The notes beneath the pieces were generated by a model. It saw only the letters and a program-made list of their open reading frames with translations. It searched no databases and was not told the DNA's origin. DNA of 52,882 nt, taken from NCBI GenBank assembly GCA_044344995.1, contig JBIJBX010000001.1:1-52882 (forward strand). Reading direction: 5' to 3'. This DNA comes from Oligoflexales bacterium. GTDB lineage: Bacteria; Bdellovibrionota_B; Oligoflexia; Oligoflexales; RGVZ01. Numbering within the stretch: the stretch's first letter is position 1; the number at the start of each line of letters is the position of its first letter. Shown in pieces: positions 19,300 through 28,264 of this stretch. Both the position numbers and the translations under genes were made by a program.

Positions 19300-20238
19300 T
19301 TAAGGCCGAAGTTTTCGCTGATTGTATATTTCAACGGTAACATTTTTTGGCGATATTTGCTGAACGACTACACCTTCGGGCGCGGCGACTAAAACGGCCA
19401 GCTCATAGCGACCCGGTTCGAGTTCTTTGGCATTAACCGAAGCGCGGATGTCTTTTTGATTGAGTTTATGGAATTGGGATTCTGGCACCGCAATCACAAT
19501 GGATACACCAGCTGGGCGCACGGACCCAACTTTTTCGGATCCGACAATTTCAATGGGAATGACCGACAAATTTTTACTCAGTTTCTTGGGCCCGAGTTTA
19601 ATTGAAACATTGACCTCGTGCGACGAGAGTTGCAATTCAGGGAGGGCGGCCTTTGAGATCGCAGCAATAATCGACTTCGACTCTGCTAGCCCACTAACAT
19701 CAATCGGATCGGTAGTGAGTTCTGTGATGCGGCCAATGTCGCTTTTTGGCCCGCTGATTTCGATTTCATTAGGAGTGGCGGCCGCCTCGTCAATCATTTG
19801 GTTTTCTGTGACTTCGCCCAAAATAATTGGTTTTACGGGAACTTTTTTTGTTAAGCGATCTTCCACCTGCAGTGTCACATAGGGGTCGTGAATAGTTATG
19901 CGCACGCGATTGTCCCAGTTCGGGATGAATTCCTTATCAAGTCGATATCTTAAACTGCCCACCTTACCCGACGGTACCCTAATGATGGCCGCGAGAGCTT
20001 TTCCTGACATGGCGCCCACTAGAACCCGAGGCCCCCGTAGAGTTACATCCCTGGAAATGGCGCCGGAATCGCGCAGAGAGAAGGCTGACGCAACTTCCAC
20101 TTTTACGTCCAGTTTCGCGTTAACTTCGAGTATTTCCTCCCCCTGCACGATATACCAAACAAGTGTCGCTAGCAGGAGGGCTGCGGCCTTGTAGCCGAGA
20201 TTGCCTATGAATCGCTGTGAAAAAGTTGGGCGCCCCAT
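19300..20238 (-). CDS. cdaR: YbbR-domain protein, CdaA regulatory protein CdaR
   Basis: N-terminal TM anchor followed by repeated YbbR-like beta modules. Starts 4 nt after the cdaA stop. Confidence 0.75.
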   Translation of the reverse strand: MGRPTFSQRFIGNLGYKAAALLLATLVWYIVQGEEILEVNAKLDVKVEVASAFSLRDSGAISRDVTLRGPRVLVGAMSGKALAAIIRVPSGKVGSLRYRLDKEFIPNWDNRVRITIHDPYVTLQVEDRLTKKVPVKPIILGEVTENQMIDEAAATPNEIEISGPKSDIGRITELTTDPIDVSGLAESKSIIAAISKAALPELQLSSHEVNVSIKLGPKKLSKNLSVIPIEIVGSEKVGSVRPAGVSIVIAVPESQFHKLNQKDIRASVNAKELEPGRYELAVLVAAPEGVVVQQISPKNVTVEIYNQRKLRP

Positions 20239-20241
20239 TTT

Positions 20242-21078
20242 TTACTTCTCCGAAGTTTCAAAAAACTTATACGTCGCATCTTTTATGCGAGTAAACCAGG
20301 GTGGTGCCTTGGCGTTTTTCTGCTCTTGTATGAGCAAGCGCTTAGCAAGGTCCTCTCGCAAAGTTCGCCCATCAGGCTTGCGGAAGATTTTCCCGTTTTC
20401 AACGATAGCTACACTTGCGCCCTCCTCGCTGACGACGATGACAAGGGCGTCGGTTTCCTCCGAGATGCCAATGGCTGCGCGATGGCGTGTACCTAGGTTG
20501 GGGTCCACATGCTCGTCACGGGTCAAGGGTAGAAAGCAGCCCGATGCGGCGATTTTCCCTCGTTGAAGGATGACCGCTCCGTCATGGATGGGGGAGCTTG
20601 GATGAAAAATGGCCATGAGAATTTCTTTTGAGATTTTGGCATCCAGAGCGATACCGATATCAACATACCTAGTCAGGATAATGCCACGCTCGATGACGAT
20701 AAGCGCGCCGATCCGTTTGGCCGCTAAGGCACTAGCAGCGCGACTAATCTCGTCGATGATGTGAACACTGGTTGACCAATCTTGCCCAACAAAGATGTTC
20801 CTTCGTCCCATGGAGCTTAGCACATGGCGAATGTCATCTTGAAAGATGATAATTAAGATAATGATAAACGAGCTGTAAAACTTGTTCATCATCCAGTTGA
20901 CAGTTGTCAGCGGAAAGATATTAGAAACGACAAAAAGACCAACGACCAGCAGCATACCAATGAGTATCTGCGCTGCGCGAGTGCCGCGAATTAACAATAA
21001 AACTTGGTAAAATATGATGGCCAGGAGCAAAACGTCCAGTGCCGACCAAAAGGTAAACTGTTGTAAAACTTCACCCAT
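20242..21078 (-). CDS. cdaA: Diadenylate cyclase CdaA (c-di-AMP synthase)
   Basis: Three N-terminal TM helices and a DAC domain with HDGAVIL, GTRHRAA and VSEE. ATG 21078 overlaps the folP stop (ATGGGTGA). The ORF track start is 21105. Confidence 0.9.
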   Translation of the reverse strand: MGEVLQQFTFWSALDVLLLAIIFYQVLLLIRGTRAAQILIGMLLVVGLFVVSNIFPLTTVNWMMNKFYSSFIIILIIIFQDDIRHVLSSMGRRNIFVGQDWSTSVHIIDEISRAASALAAKRIGALIVIERGIILTRYVDIGIALDAKISKEILMAIFHPSSPIHDGAVILQRGKIAASGCFLPLTRDEHVDPNLGTRHRAAIGISEETDALVIVVSEEGASVAIVENGKIFRKPDGRTLREDLAKRLLIQEQKNAKAPPWFTRIKDATYKFFETSEK

Positions 21079-21901
21079 GAAAAGCTCCGGGCGATGCATC
21101 TGCAATCGCGCTTAGTATGGGGCGCAGAGACCTTACATTGTGCGTGCGAATCATTTTAACTCCAACGATGGCGGCACAAGCTTCTATGACTTTGGAGGCG
21201 GAATCACGACTTACAAGATCGGTGGCGTCAAGCAGACGTGTGATGAAGCCTTTCCGAGATATGCCTAAAACCGTCTGAAACTCTCTAGAAAGGTTTACAC
21301 TTGCCATGAGTAACGCCAAATTCGCCGCATCAGACTTGCCAAATCCTATGCCCGGATCGAGGAAAATATGACCAGGTTTACAACCAGCGGCTTTGAGGTC
21401 CTCAATGGCGGAATCAAAATAAGCCCGCACTCGTTTAATGGCTGAAGCAGGGCCAATGGGGTTGTCTTGCATCGTTTTTGGGCTGCCGTGCATATGGCAC
21501 GCTATAAACATCAGGTTTGGATTTAATTCGAACAAATTTTTCAGTTGGGGAACTTCTGGGAGTGGGCCGACGTTGTTTATCATCCCAACTCCCATAGCGG
21601 ATGCTCGCTCCATGGTCGCAAACTTCCTCGTATCAACACTTACGCGAGAAATTTTTTGCACCTTGTCTGCGTAAGCCAATACAGGTTGCAACCGCCGCCA
21701 TTCTTCCGCTTCTCCGGGGTCGTCAGCTCCGGGTCGGGTAGACTCAGCACCAATGTCAACCAGATCAGACCCCTCTTCGAAAAGCTGATCGAGACGATGG
21801 ACCGCGAAGTCAGGATCTAAATATTTTCCACCATCAGAAAAGGAGTCAGGCGTGACATTCAGTATGCCCATTATTTTCGGTTGTGTACCTTCGGGCGTCA
21901 C
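21071..21901 (-). CDS. folP: Dihydropteroate synthase
   Basis: GILNVTPDSFSDGG at the N-terminus and a pterin-binding domain throughout. 276 aa. Confidence 0.93.
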   Translation of the reverse strand: MTPEGTQPKIMGILNVTPDSFSDGGKYLDPDFAVHRLDQLFEEGSDLVDIGAESTRPGADDPGEAEEWRRLQPVLAYADKVQKISRVSVDTRKFATMERASAMGVGMINNVGPLPEVPQLKNLFELNPNLMFIACHMHGSPKTMQDNPIGPASAIKRVRAYFDSAIEDLKAAGCKPGHIFLDPGIGFGKSDAANLALLMASVNLSREFQTVLGISRKGFITRLLDATDLVSRDSASKVIEACAAIVGVKMIRTHNVRSLRPILSAIADASPGAFHG

Positions 21902-21910
21902 GCTTTTGCC

Positions 21911-23896
21911 TCATGTTCCGGCCGGTTGCGGGGTCATCAGCCCGGAGTCGCGACCGTCCGGCTTGCTCTTCGTCGCGGTTTCTTTGGTCGTTGTCGCCTT
22001 TGATTGGAGAGCCTCTTTTGCTTTGCGTCGAGCCTCTTCATAGCGAGAACGATCGTCTGCCGTGATGATGTTCTCGCCCTTTAATATGCGCATCATCTCG
22101 TCGCTATCGATCGTCTCTTTGATGAGCAGAGCTTCGGCCAAGCTTTCAAGTTGATCGCGATTATCCTTGAGAATTCTGAAGGCTTGCTTGGAACCATTTG
22201 TGACTAGGCGATGAATTTCCTCGTCGATCTCTTCAGCGACACGCTCTGAAAAATTACGCGACTGACTGATTTCACGCCCTAGGAATACTTCGTCCTGACC
22301 TTTTTTTCCAAGTGAAAGAGGCCCTATTTTATCACTCATACCCCAATTGCAAACCATTTTTCGAGCGATGTCGGTGGCCTTGTTTATGTCGTCCCCCGCA
22401 CCTGTCGTGAGACGGTTAAAGATCAGCTCTTCTGCAGCACGGCCACCCATCGCATACGCAATCATACCTTCAGCGTATTCTTTGGAGATGGTTAGACGGT
22501 CTTCGACAGGAAGCATGATGGTCACACCAAGGGCTTGACCGCGAGGAATGATACTGATTTTGTGTACGGGATCCACATGTCCTACGAGCATCCCGACCAA
22601 AGCATGTCCCGCCTCGTGATAAGCGGTGTTACGCTTTTCATCCTCGTTCATGATGAGGCTGCGTCTTTCAGGGCCCATAAGCACTTTGTCTTTTGCCAGC
22701 TCAAAGTGCTCCATGCGCACTTCTTTGCAGTCACCGCGTGCGGCAATCAGTGCCGCCTCATTGACGAGATTCTCGAGGTCAGCGCCGGAAAAACCCGGAG
22801 TTCCTTGGGCGATTACTGAAAGCTTAACATCATCGGCCAACGGAACTTTTTTGGTGTGAACAGCAAGGATTCCCTCGCGGCCGCGCACATCTGGCTTAGG
22901 AACTACAACGCGTCGGTCAAAGCGACCTGGGCGAAGCAACGCAGGATCAAGCACATCTGGTCTATTTGTAGCGGCAATGATGATGACGCCGTCGTTACCC
23001 TCAAAGCCGTCCATTTCCACGAGAAGCTGATTTAGCGTTTGTTCACGCTCATCGTGTCCGCCGCCTAGGCCAGCTCCACGATGACGACCAACCGCGTCAA
23101 TCTCATCGATGAATACGATGCACGGCGCGTGTCGCTTAGCCTGATCAAACAGATCCCGTACGCGACTAGCTCCAACGCCGACGAACATTTCAACGAAATC
23201 CGAACCAGATATGCTGAAAAATGGAACGCCCGCCTCGCCGGCGATCGCTTTAGCAAGAATTGTTTTTCCTGTACCCGGAGAGCCGATCAAAAGAACGCCT
23301 TTGGGTATACGACCACCAAGTCTTGTGAATTTTTTTGGATCTTTAAGGAAGTCGATAATTTCTTCGAGCTCCTGCTTTGCTTCGTCAATTCCCGAAATAT
23401 CTTTGAAAGTGATTTTGGGTTGGCTATCGGTCAGCATTTTTGCGCGGCTCTTGCCAAAACTCATGGCCTTGCCACCGCCAGCCTGAACTTGGCGCATGAA
23501 GAACATGATGAGTAGTAGAATGAGGAGCATCGGTAGAAGTGTGTTAACTAGCAACGCCTTCCACCAACCCACCTCTTCTGGCGGCTCGTAGTTTACGCTT
23601 ATGCCAGACGCTTGCAGTTCCTTGCGCAAATCCGTGTCGGAAGGTCCGAATGTTCTGAATGAGCTTTTATCCGAGCGAACTCCTGTAATCACATTGTCCC
23701 GGAAGGTGACTTCCGTGATGCGGTTTGGATTATCAGCAGGAAGTTTCAGGGCCTCAGTAAACTCAGAAAATTTGATCGACTTTACTTCTTCGGGTGGTTT
23801 CACCAAAAAGTGCAGCAGCAAAAATCCAAGTAAGCATGCGACTACGACTAACGTCATTTTGGTTTGGTTGTTTTGTTTTGAGGGCAATTTCGCCAT
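21911..23896 (-). CDS. ftsH: ATP-dependent zinc metalloprotease FtsH
   Basis: Walker [12 protein letters not shown]+ second region of homology, and zinc site HEAGHAL. ATG 23896 is preceded by AGGAGAA. The ORF track start is 23971. Confidence 0.96.
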   Translation of the reverse strand: MAKLPSKQNNQTKMTLVVVACLLGFLLLHFLVKPPEEVKSIKFSEFTEALKLPADNPNRITEVTFRDNVITGVRSDKSSFRTFGPSDTDLRKELQASGISVNYEPPEEVGWWKALLVNTLLPMLLILLLIMFFMRQVQAGGGKAMSFGKSRAKMLTDSQPKITFKDISGIDEAKQELEEIIDFLKDPKKFTRLGGRIPKGVLLIGSPGTGKTILAKAIAGEAGVPFFSISGSDFVEMFVGVGASRVRDLFDQAKRHAPCIVFIDEIDAVGRHRGAGLGGGHDEREQTLNQLLVEMDGFEGNDGVIIIAATNRPDVLDPALLRPGRFDRRVVVPKPDVRGREGILAVHTKKVPLADDVKLSVIAQGTPGFSGADLENLVNEAALIAARGDCKEVRMEHFELAKDKVLMGPERRSLIMNEDEKRNTAYHEAGHALVGMLVGHVDPVHKISIIPRGQALGVTIMLPVEDRLTISKEYAEGMIAYAMGGRAAEELIFNRLTTGAGDDINKATDIARKMVCNWGMSDKIGPLSLGKKGQDEVFLGREISQSRNFSERVAEEIDEEIHRLVTNGSKQAFRILKDNRDQLESLAEALLIKETIDSDEMMRILKGENIITADDRSRYEEARRKAKEALQSKATTTKETATKSKPDGRDSGLMTPQPAGT

Positions 23897-24032
23897 GATA
23901 GCAGTTCTCCTAGTTGACTGGGGAAAGCAGTCCTTTAACTCATATTTTGACACAAAAAGCTTAAAGTCCAAGCCGGTAAAGAATTCCCTGTTGACTCTCT
24001 TAAATTACACTAAAATAAGGCTAAAAGAACCG

Positions 24033-24989
24033 CTAATTGCGGTGGGATAGGCGCAATTCTGAGGTGGTCAGTTTTAGGATTTTGCCCTCAGGCAAATGAA
24101 ACTCCTTGGTTTCCCGGGACCCTGAGAAATGATCCAGGAGGGCCTTTGAGATTTTTTCGATGACTTGTCGTGCGACGGGTGAACGGCCACCATATTGCTC
24201 CGAAAGCCACTGATGTAAGGAGCTATCGAGGACCTTTCGCGCTTGATCCTGGAAAAATGCGGTAGGAATGGAGTTTGTGGTCATCGATGAAGGACTCATA
24301 GATTCGCCGAATTCGGATAGAAACCCTTTACTTATTCTGCTGCTCGCACCTGGAAATAACTCATTTAAAATAGGCATAACTTCGTTACGAATTCTATTAC
24401 GACTGTATAGCCCCAATGCGTTGGAGGAGTCCTCGCGCCAAGGCAGGTGTGCAGAGCTGAGGGCCGCGCGGATTGATTCGCGGGATATATCGAGCCAGGG
24501 ACGAAAAATTTGACCATTGAAATAAGTCATTCCTGCAGCTTGATGCGGCGCTGTTCCGCGACATAGACGCATCAAAACGGTCTCCGCAACGTCATCTCCG
24601 TTATGAGCGAGAGCCACTAAAAAGCCTTGCTTATAAAGCTGTTCTTGTAGCTCCAGCCGAACATTGCGAGCCGACTCTTGCACGGAAGTAATGATTGGCT
24701 GGCTGGGTTTATGGAGAATTAAAGGGACTGATTGGGCTGCACAGTGAGCGCTAACAAATCGTTCGTCGCCATCACTCTCCTCCCCTCGAAGGCCATAGTT
24801 GATGTGAAAAACGACCAAATCAGAAATAATATTTTTTTTTAGAAAATCGCAAAAAACATGAAAAAGCCCAATAGAATCAGCGCCTCCCGACACTCCGACC
24901 GCAAACCTCTGATTTTCAAGGGAAAAGTCCCTTATTTTATGATGTGCTAAAGACCACAAGCCTTCAAGATTGTTAGAATAAGTGACCAA
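24033..24989 (-). CDS. tilS: tRNA(Ile)-lysidine synthase
   Basis: PP-loop VGVSGGADS near the N-terminus. 318 aa. The start codon is TTG as drawn and is uncertain. Confidence 0.85.
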   Translation of the reverse strand: MVTYSNNLEGLWSLAHHKIRDFSLENQRFAVGVSGGADSIGLFHVFCDFLKKNIISDLVVFHINYGLRGEESDGDERFVSAHCAAQSVPLILHKPSQPIITSVQESARNVRLELQEQLYKQGFLVALAHNGDDVAETVLMRLCRGTAPHQAAGMTYFNGQIFRPWLDISRESIRAALSSAHLPWREDSSNALGLYSRNRIRNEVMPILNELFPGASSRISKGFLSEFGESMSPSSMTTNSIPTAFFQDQARKVLDSSLHQWLSEQYGGRSPVARQVIEKISKALLDHFSGSRETKEFHLPEGKILKLTTSELRLSHRN

Positions 24990-25042
24990 CTAGGCGAGCT
25001 TCCTTGGGTTTTGGCGAGGTTTTATCAAAAGATAAAAAATCT

Positions 25043-25070
25043 TAAAGTTTTTTACCAAACGGTACGAACT
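25043..25070 (+). promoter_or_regulatory. Candidate sigma-28 (FliA) promoter for the first flagellin gene
   Basis: Perfect -35 TAAAGTTT (25043-25050), then a 12-nt spacer and a weak -10 TACGAACT in which only the CGA core matches GCCGATAA. Confidence 0.4.
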
Positions 25071-25152
25071 CCTCACGTGCAAGAGCCAGGGTGGTTCTTG
25101 CTGCTGGGCCCAGAGTGCCCAGTAATCAAAACGAATTCAAGGAGGATTTATC

Positions 25153-26028
25153 ATGGGAATGCGAATTAGAACGAACGTGCCTGCCATCACCGCTCAACGC
25201 TTCATGTCTGACAACAAGGACGCAATGAGCAAAAGCCTCGAGAGATTATCCTCAGGCTACAGGATTAACAAGTCAGCCGACGATGCCGCTGGACTCGCCA
25301 TCTCAGAAAGCTTGAGAGGCAAGATTCGTGGTCTTAACGTTGCTAAACGCAACGCTAATGACGCCGTATCCATGGTTCAAGTTGCGGAAGGTAGTATGAA
25401 CGAGATGACCAACATCTTGATTCGTCTGCGAGAGCTAACGGTTCAATCGTCAACGGATACCATCGGTGAACGGGAAAGATCTTTCCTTAACCGCGAGTAC
25501 ACACAGCTTGCCGATGAGATTGACCGTATCGGAAACTCAACTGAGTTTAACGGCATCAAGATCTTCGATAAAGAAGCAGACCGTGATCAGTTCGTAATCC
25601 AAGTTGGTACTAACGGTACAACGCCAGACATGAATACAGACACGATCGCAATCAGCCTCGCAGGCCTCAAGTTTAACACTGAGGACCTCGGTATCGGAAA
25701 AGGTGCAGAAATCGGTTCGGTTGACGGGGGCGCTGGACCTTCACTCGAAGACATTTCTTCAAAGCTGAACGTTATCGACGAAGCACTCAACAAGATTGCA
25801 AGTGAGCGAGCGACTCTTGGTTCTGTACAAAGCCGTCTCGGAAGTGCCTTGTCCAACTTGGCCGTCAATGTCGAGAACATGGAAACAGCGAAGAGCCGAA
25901 TCAAAGACGTCGACTTTGCAAGTGAGACAGCGGAGCTTACCCAAGCGCGCATTCTTACAAGCTCAACGACATCCGTCCTGCAACAGGCGAACGCTGCACC
26001 AGAGCAAGTTTTGCAACTGCTGCGCTAA
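25153..26028 (+). CDS. fliC: Flagellin
   Basis: Conserved N-terminal (MRIRTN...RLSSGYRINKSADDAAGLAISE) and C-terminal (RIKDVDFASETAELTQARIL...QQANAAPEQVLQLLR) flagellin domains. AAGGAGG Shine-Dalgarno sequence. Confidence 0.93.
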   Translation: MGMRIRTNVPAITAQRFMSDNKDAMSKSLERLSSGYRINKSADDAAGLAISESLRGKIRGLNVAKRNANDAVSMVQVAEGSMNEMTNILIRLRELTVQSSTDTIGERERSFLNREYTQLADEIDRIGNSTEFNGIKIFDKEADRDQFVIQVGTNGTTPDMNTDTIAISLAGLKFNTEDLGIGKGAEIGSVDGGAGPSLEDISSKLNVIDEALNKIASERATLGSVQSRLGSALSNLAVNVENMETAKSRIKDVDFASETAELTQARILTSSTTSVLQQANAAPEQVLQLLR

Positions 26029-26111
26029 TTTGAGTCGAGTTCTATTCAATTTGAGCCAATTTAGACGGCCCAAGGTGGGTTCGTCTGCCCAAAACAGAGG
26101 AGGTTACTTCT

Positions 26112-27035
26112 ATGGGTATCAGAATTAAGACCAACATTGAGTCCATTGTATCGCAGCGGCGAGTAAGTGATAGTCGAAAGGCATTGGGTGAATCCTATGA
26201 GAAACTGGCCAGTGGTCAGCGCGTAAACAAGTCAGCGGACGACGCCGCTGGTTTGGCGGTCAGCGAGCGAATTCGAGCGAAAACTCGAAGTCTCGAAGTG
26301 GCCAAACGTAACGCCAACGATGGTATCTCGTATATTCAGGTTGCAGAAGGCGGCCTTAACGAGACTACAAATATCGTTGTTCGAATGAGGGAGCTCGCAG
26401 CTCAAGCGGCGTCTGACACCATCGGAAACCGTGAGCGTGAATTTCTTAATAAGGAATTCACCCAACTTCGCCAAGAAGTCGGCCGTATCATGGATTCTAC
26501 AGAGTTCAACGGCGCGAAAGTCCTTAAAGTGGACGAGCAAAAGCCAATGCGGATATTCGTCGGCGCAAGCAACCGAGGAAATGACGCGGATGGAAATGCG
26601 CCAGACATTAGCCCTGAAGAAGATCCAGATATTTTGACCATCGATCTGAAGGATCTCGCCACATTCAGGGAAGCGATGGAAGCTGTACTGGACGAAGACT
26701 TAACCATTGTGTCGCCGGACTCAGAAGGTGGCGCGGCAGATTTAGGCCCGTCTGGTACAAATGATATTTTCAACCGTTTGGACTCAGCTCTTGATTCCAT
26801 GGCGTCTTACCGAGCAGTTCTTGGTTCGGTACAGTCAAGGTTGAACTCAAGTATCACCAATATTGATGTGACCAATGAGAACTTGCAGGCCGCACAGAGC
26901 AGGATTCGTGATGTGGATTACGCCGCTGAAACAGCGAAACTCGCCACAAACCGTATTCTGACCCAAGCTGGCGTGTCTGTCTTGACGCAAGCTAACGCGA
27001 ACAGTGATTTCGCCTTGCAGCTTCTGCGCGGCTAA
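26112..27035 (+). CDS. fliC: Flagellin (tandem paralogue)
   Basis: MGIRIKTNIES...LASGQRVNKSADDAAGLAVSE and RIRDVDYAAETAKLATNRIL...LQLLRG. GAGGAGG Shine-Dalgarno sequence. Confidence 0.93.
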   Translation: MGIRIKTNIESIVSQRRVSDSRKALGESYEKLASGQRVNKSADDAAGLAVSERIRAKTRSLEVAKRNANDGISYIQVAEGGLNETTNIVVRMRELAAQAASDTIGNREREFLNKEFTQLRQEVGRIMDSTEFNGAKVLKVDEQKPMRIFVGASNRGNDADGNAPDISPEEDPDILTIDLKDLATFREAMEAVLDEDLTIVSPDSEGGAADLGPSGTNDIFNRLDSALDSMASYRAVLGSVQSRLNSSITNIDVTNENLQAAQSRIRDVDYAAETAKLATNRILTQAGVSVLTQANANSDFALQLLRG

Positions 27036-27053
27036 TTTGGCGCGGAATAAGGG

Positions 27054-27084
27054 GCCTGGACTGGAGGATCAGTCCGGGCTTTTT
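27054..27084 (+). terminator. Rho-independent terminator after the tandem flagellins
   Basis: Stem GCCTGGACT/AGTCCGGGC (one G-U pair) with loop ggaggatc, followed by TTTTT. Overlaps the 3' end of the convergent desulfurase gene. Confidence 0.7.
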
Positions 27085-28247
27085 ATTGTTTCTATCGTTC
27101 TGGCTAGGATCTCAGCCGCACGACGGGAGCTCTCAGGAGAATTCATTTCACCAAAACTTGCACGTAATACGTTTGCTTGAATTTCAACCGGAAGTCCCAA
27201 AGCCTTAGGAACATGGCTATACTTTTCACCGTTAGCGCCGAGGCAAGAAGAACCTCGATTGATACAGAGGTGAGGTATCTTCGCTAATAAAGTTGGGGCG
27301 TCAAGACCCTGAACGTAAAAATTCACAATGCCGGCCGCTTCTGCGCGAATTGGAAGTGTCAGTCGCACTGACGGTGACTTCGCTAACAGTGTCTCTGAGA
27401 ATGCGTCGGCGCAGCTACGCATATTACTGACTCGCTGACTTCGTAAGGTCTTATGTGACGTGATGGCTGTCGCCGCCGCGGCGATTGCTAGGGTGTTATG
27501 AGTGCCTGGGCGAATCCCGAATTCCTGATCGCCACCACAATAGGGCGCTTTGATGCGTGGCGCGAGCCCATGTTTTCCGAGTACAAGCACTCCAATGCCT
27601 TTGGGGCCGTATATTTTGTGTGGTGATAAGACATAACTACCATAAAGGCCTTCGGCAAAGCGGAGATCTTCGCGCACAAACCCCTGCACCCCGTCACAGT
27701 GAAATGACGCATCGTACTGCCGACAAAGGTCGGCGATTGACTCCACGGGGTGACGAACTGGAATTTCATTATTGATGTGCATGAGCGCCACTAGAGTGGG
27801 CCGACCACGGCCTTCTTTGAGGAGTGCTTCAAGATGATCAAGATCAGCTTCGCCATTAGCCTTGACCGCGACGCTTTCTGTAGTTGCGAGTGCGCGCTCG
27901 CCGATCTCGACGCAAGCTTCGTAGATGCTTTTATGCTCCGTGGCACCAAAAAGTATCCTTGGGCTCCGCCCGAGGAACCTGAGGGCGTGCCCCCACAAAA
28001 TAAGATTATTAGCCTCTGTGGCGCTACCGGTGAAAAGGATCTCATCAGGCTTTGCGTCAAGAGATTTTGCGATAGTTGCACGCGATTCATTTATAATTGT
28101 CTCCGCTGCCTGACCGAGAACATGGTGAGACGCTGAGGGATTGCCGAACGGATCGTCGCCGATGAGTTCATGCAGTTTCTTTTTGACGTCAGCGGACAGC
28201 GGTGTGGTTCCGCAGTGATCAAGGTAAAAAGTGCTCTCTTCTGACAT
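27069..28247 (-). CDS. Cysteine desulfurase (class V aminotransferase, NifS/IscS-like)
   Basis: YLDHCGTTP, PLP-lysine block SPHKIYGPKGIG and cysteine loop RGSSCLG. ATG 28247 is chosen over TTG 28256. Confidence 0.8.
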   Translation of the reverse strand: MSEESTFYLDHCGTTPLSADVKKKLHELIGDDPFGNPSASHHVLGQAAETIINESRATIAKSLDAKPDEILFTGSATEANNLILWGHALRFLGRSPRILFGATEHKSIYEACVEIGERALATTESVAVKANGEADLDHLEALLKEGRGRPTLVALMHINNEIPVRHPVESIADLCRQYDASFHCDGVQGFVREDLRFAEGLYGSYVLSPHKIYGPKGIGVLVLGKHGLAPRIKAPYCGGDQEFGIRPGTHNTLAIAAAATAITSHKTLRSQRVSNMRSCADAFSETLLAKSPSVRLTLPIRAEAAGIVNFYVQGLDAPTLLAKIPHLCINRGSSCLGANGEKYSHVPKALGLPVEIQANVLRASFGEMNSPESSRRAAEILARTIETIKSPD

Positions 28248-28264
28248 TGGCACCAACTTTGACT

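Noticed and set aside
26029-26111. Independent sigma-28 promoter for the second flagellin (TCGAGTTC...GCCAATTT)
   Set aside because: Both elements are poor matches: there is no TAAA and no CGA core. Read-through from the first flagellin gene is at least as likely.
28248-28263. TGGCAC-N5-TTGAC on the plus strand between nadA and the desulfurase
   Set aside because: The -12 element reads GA instead of GC. There is no plus-strand gene downstream, and the site lies in a tight minus-strand gene junction.
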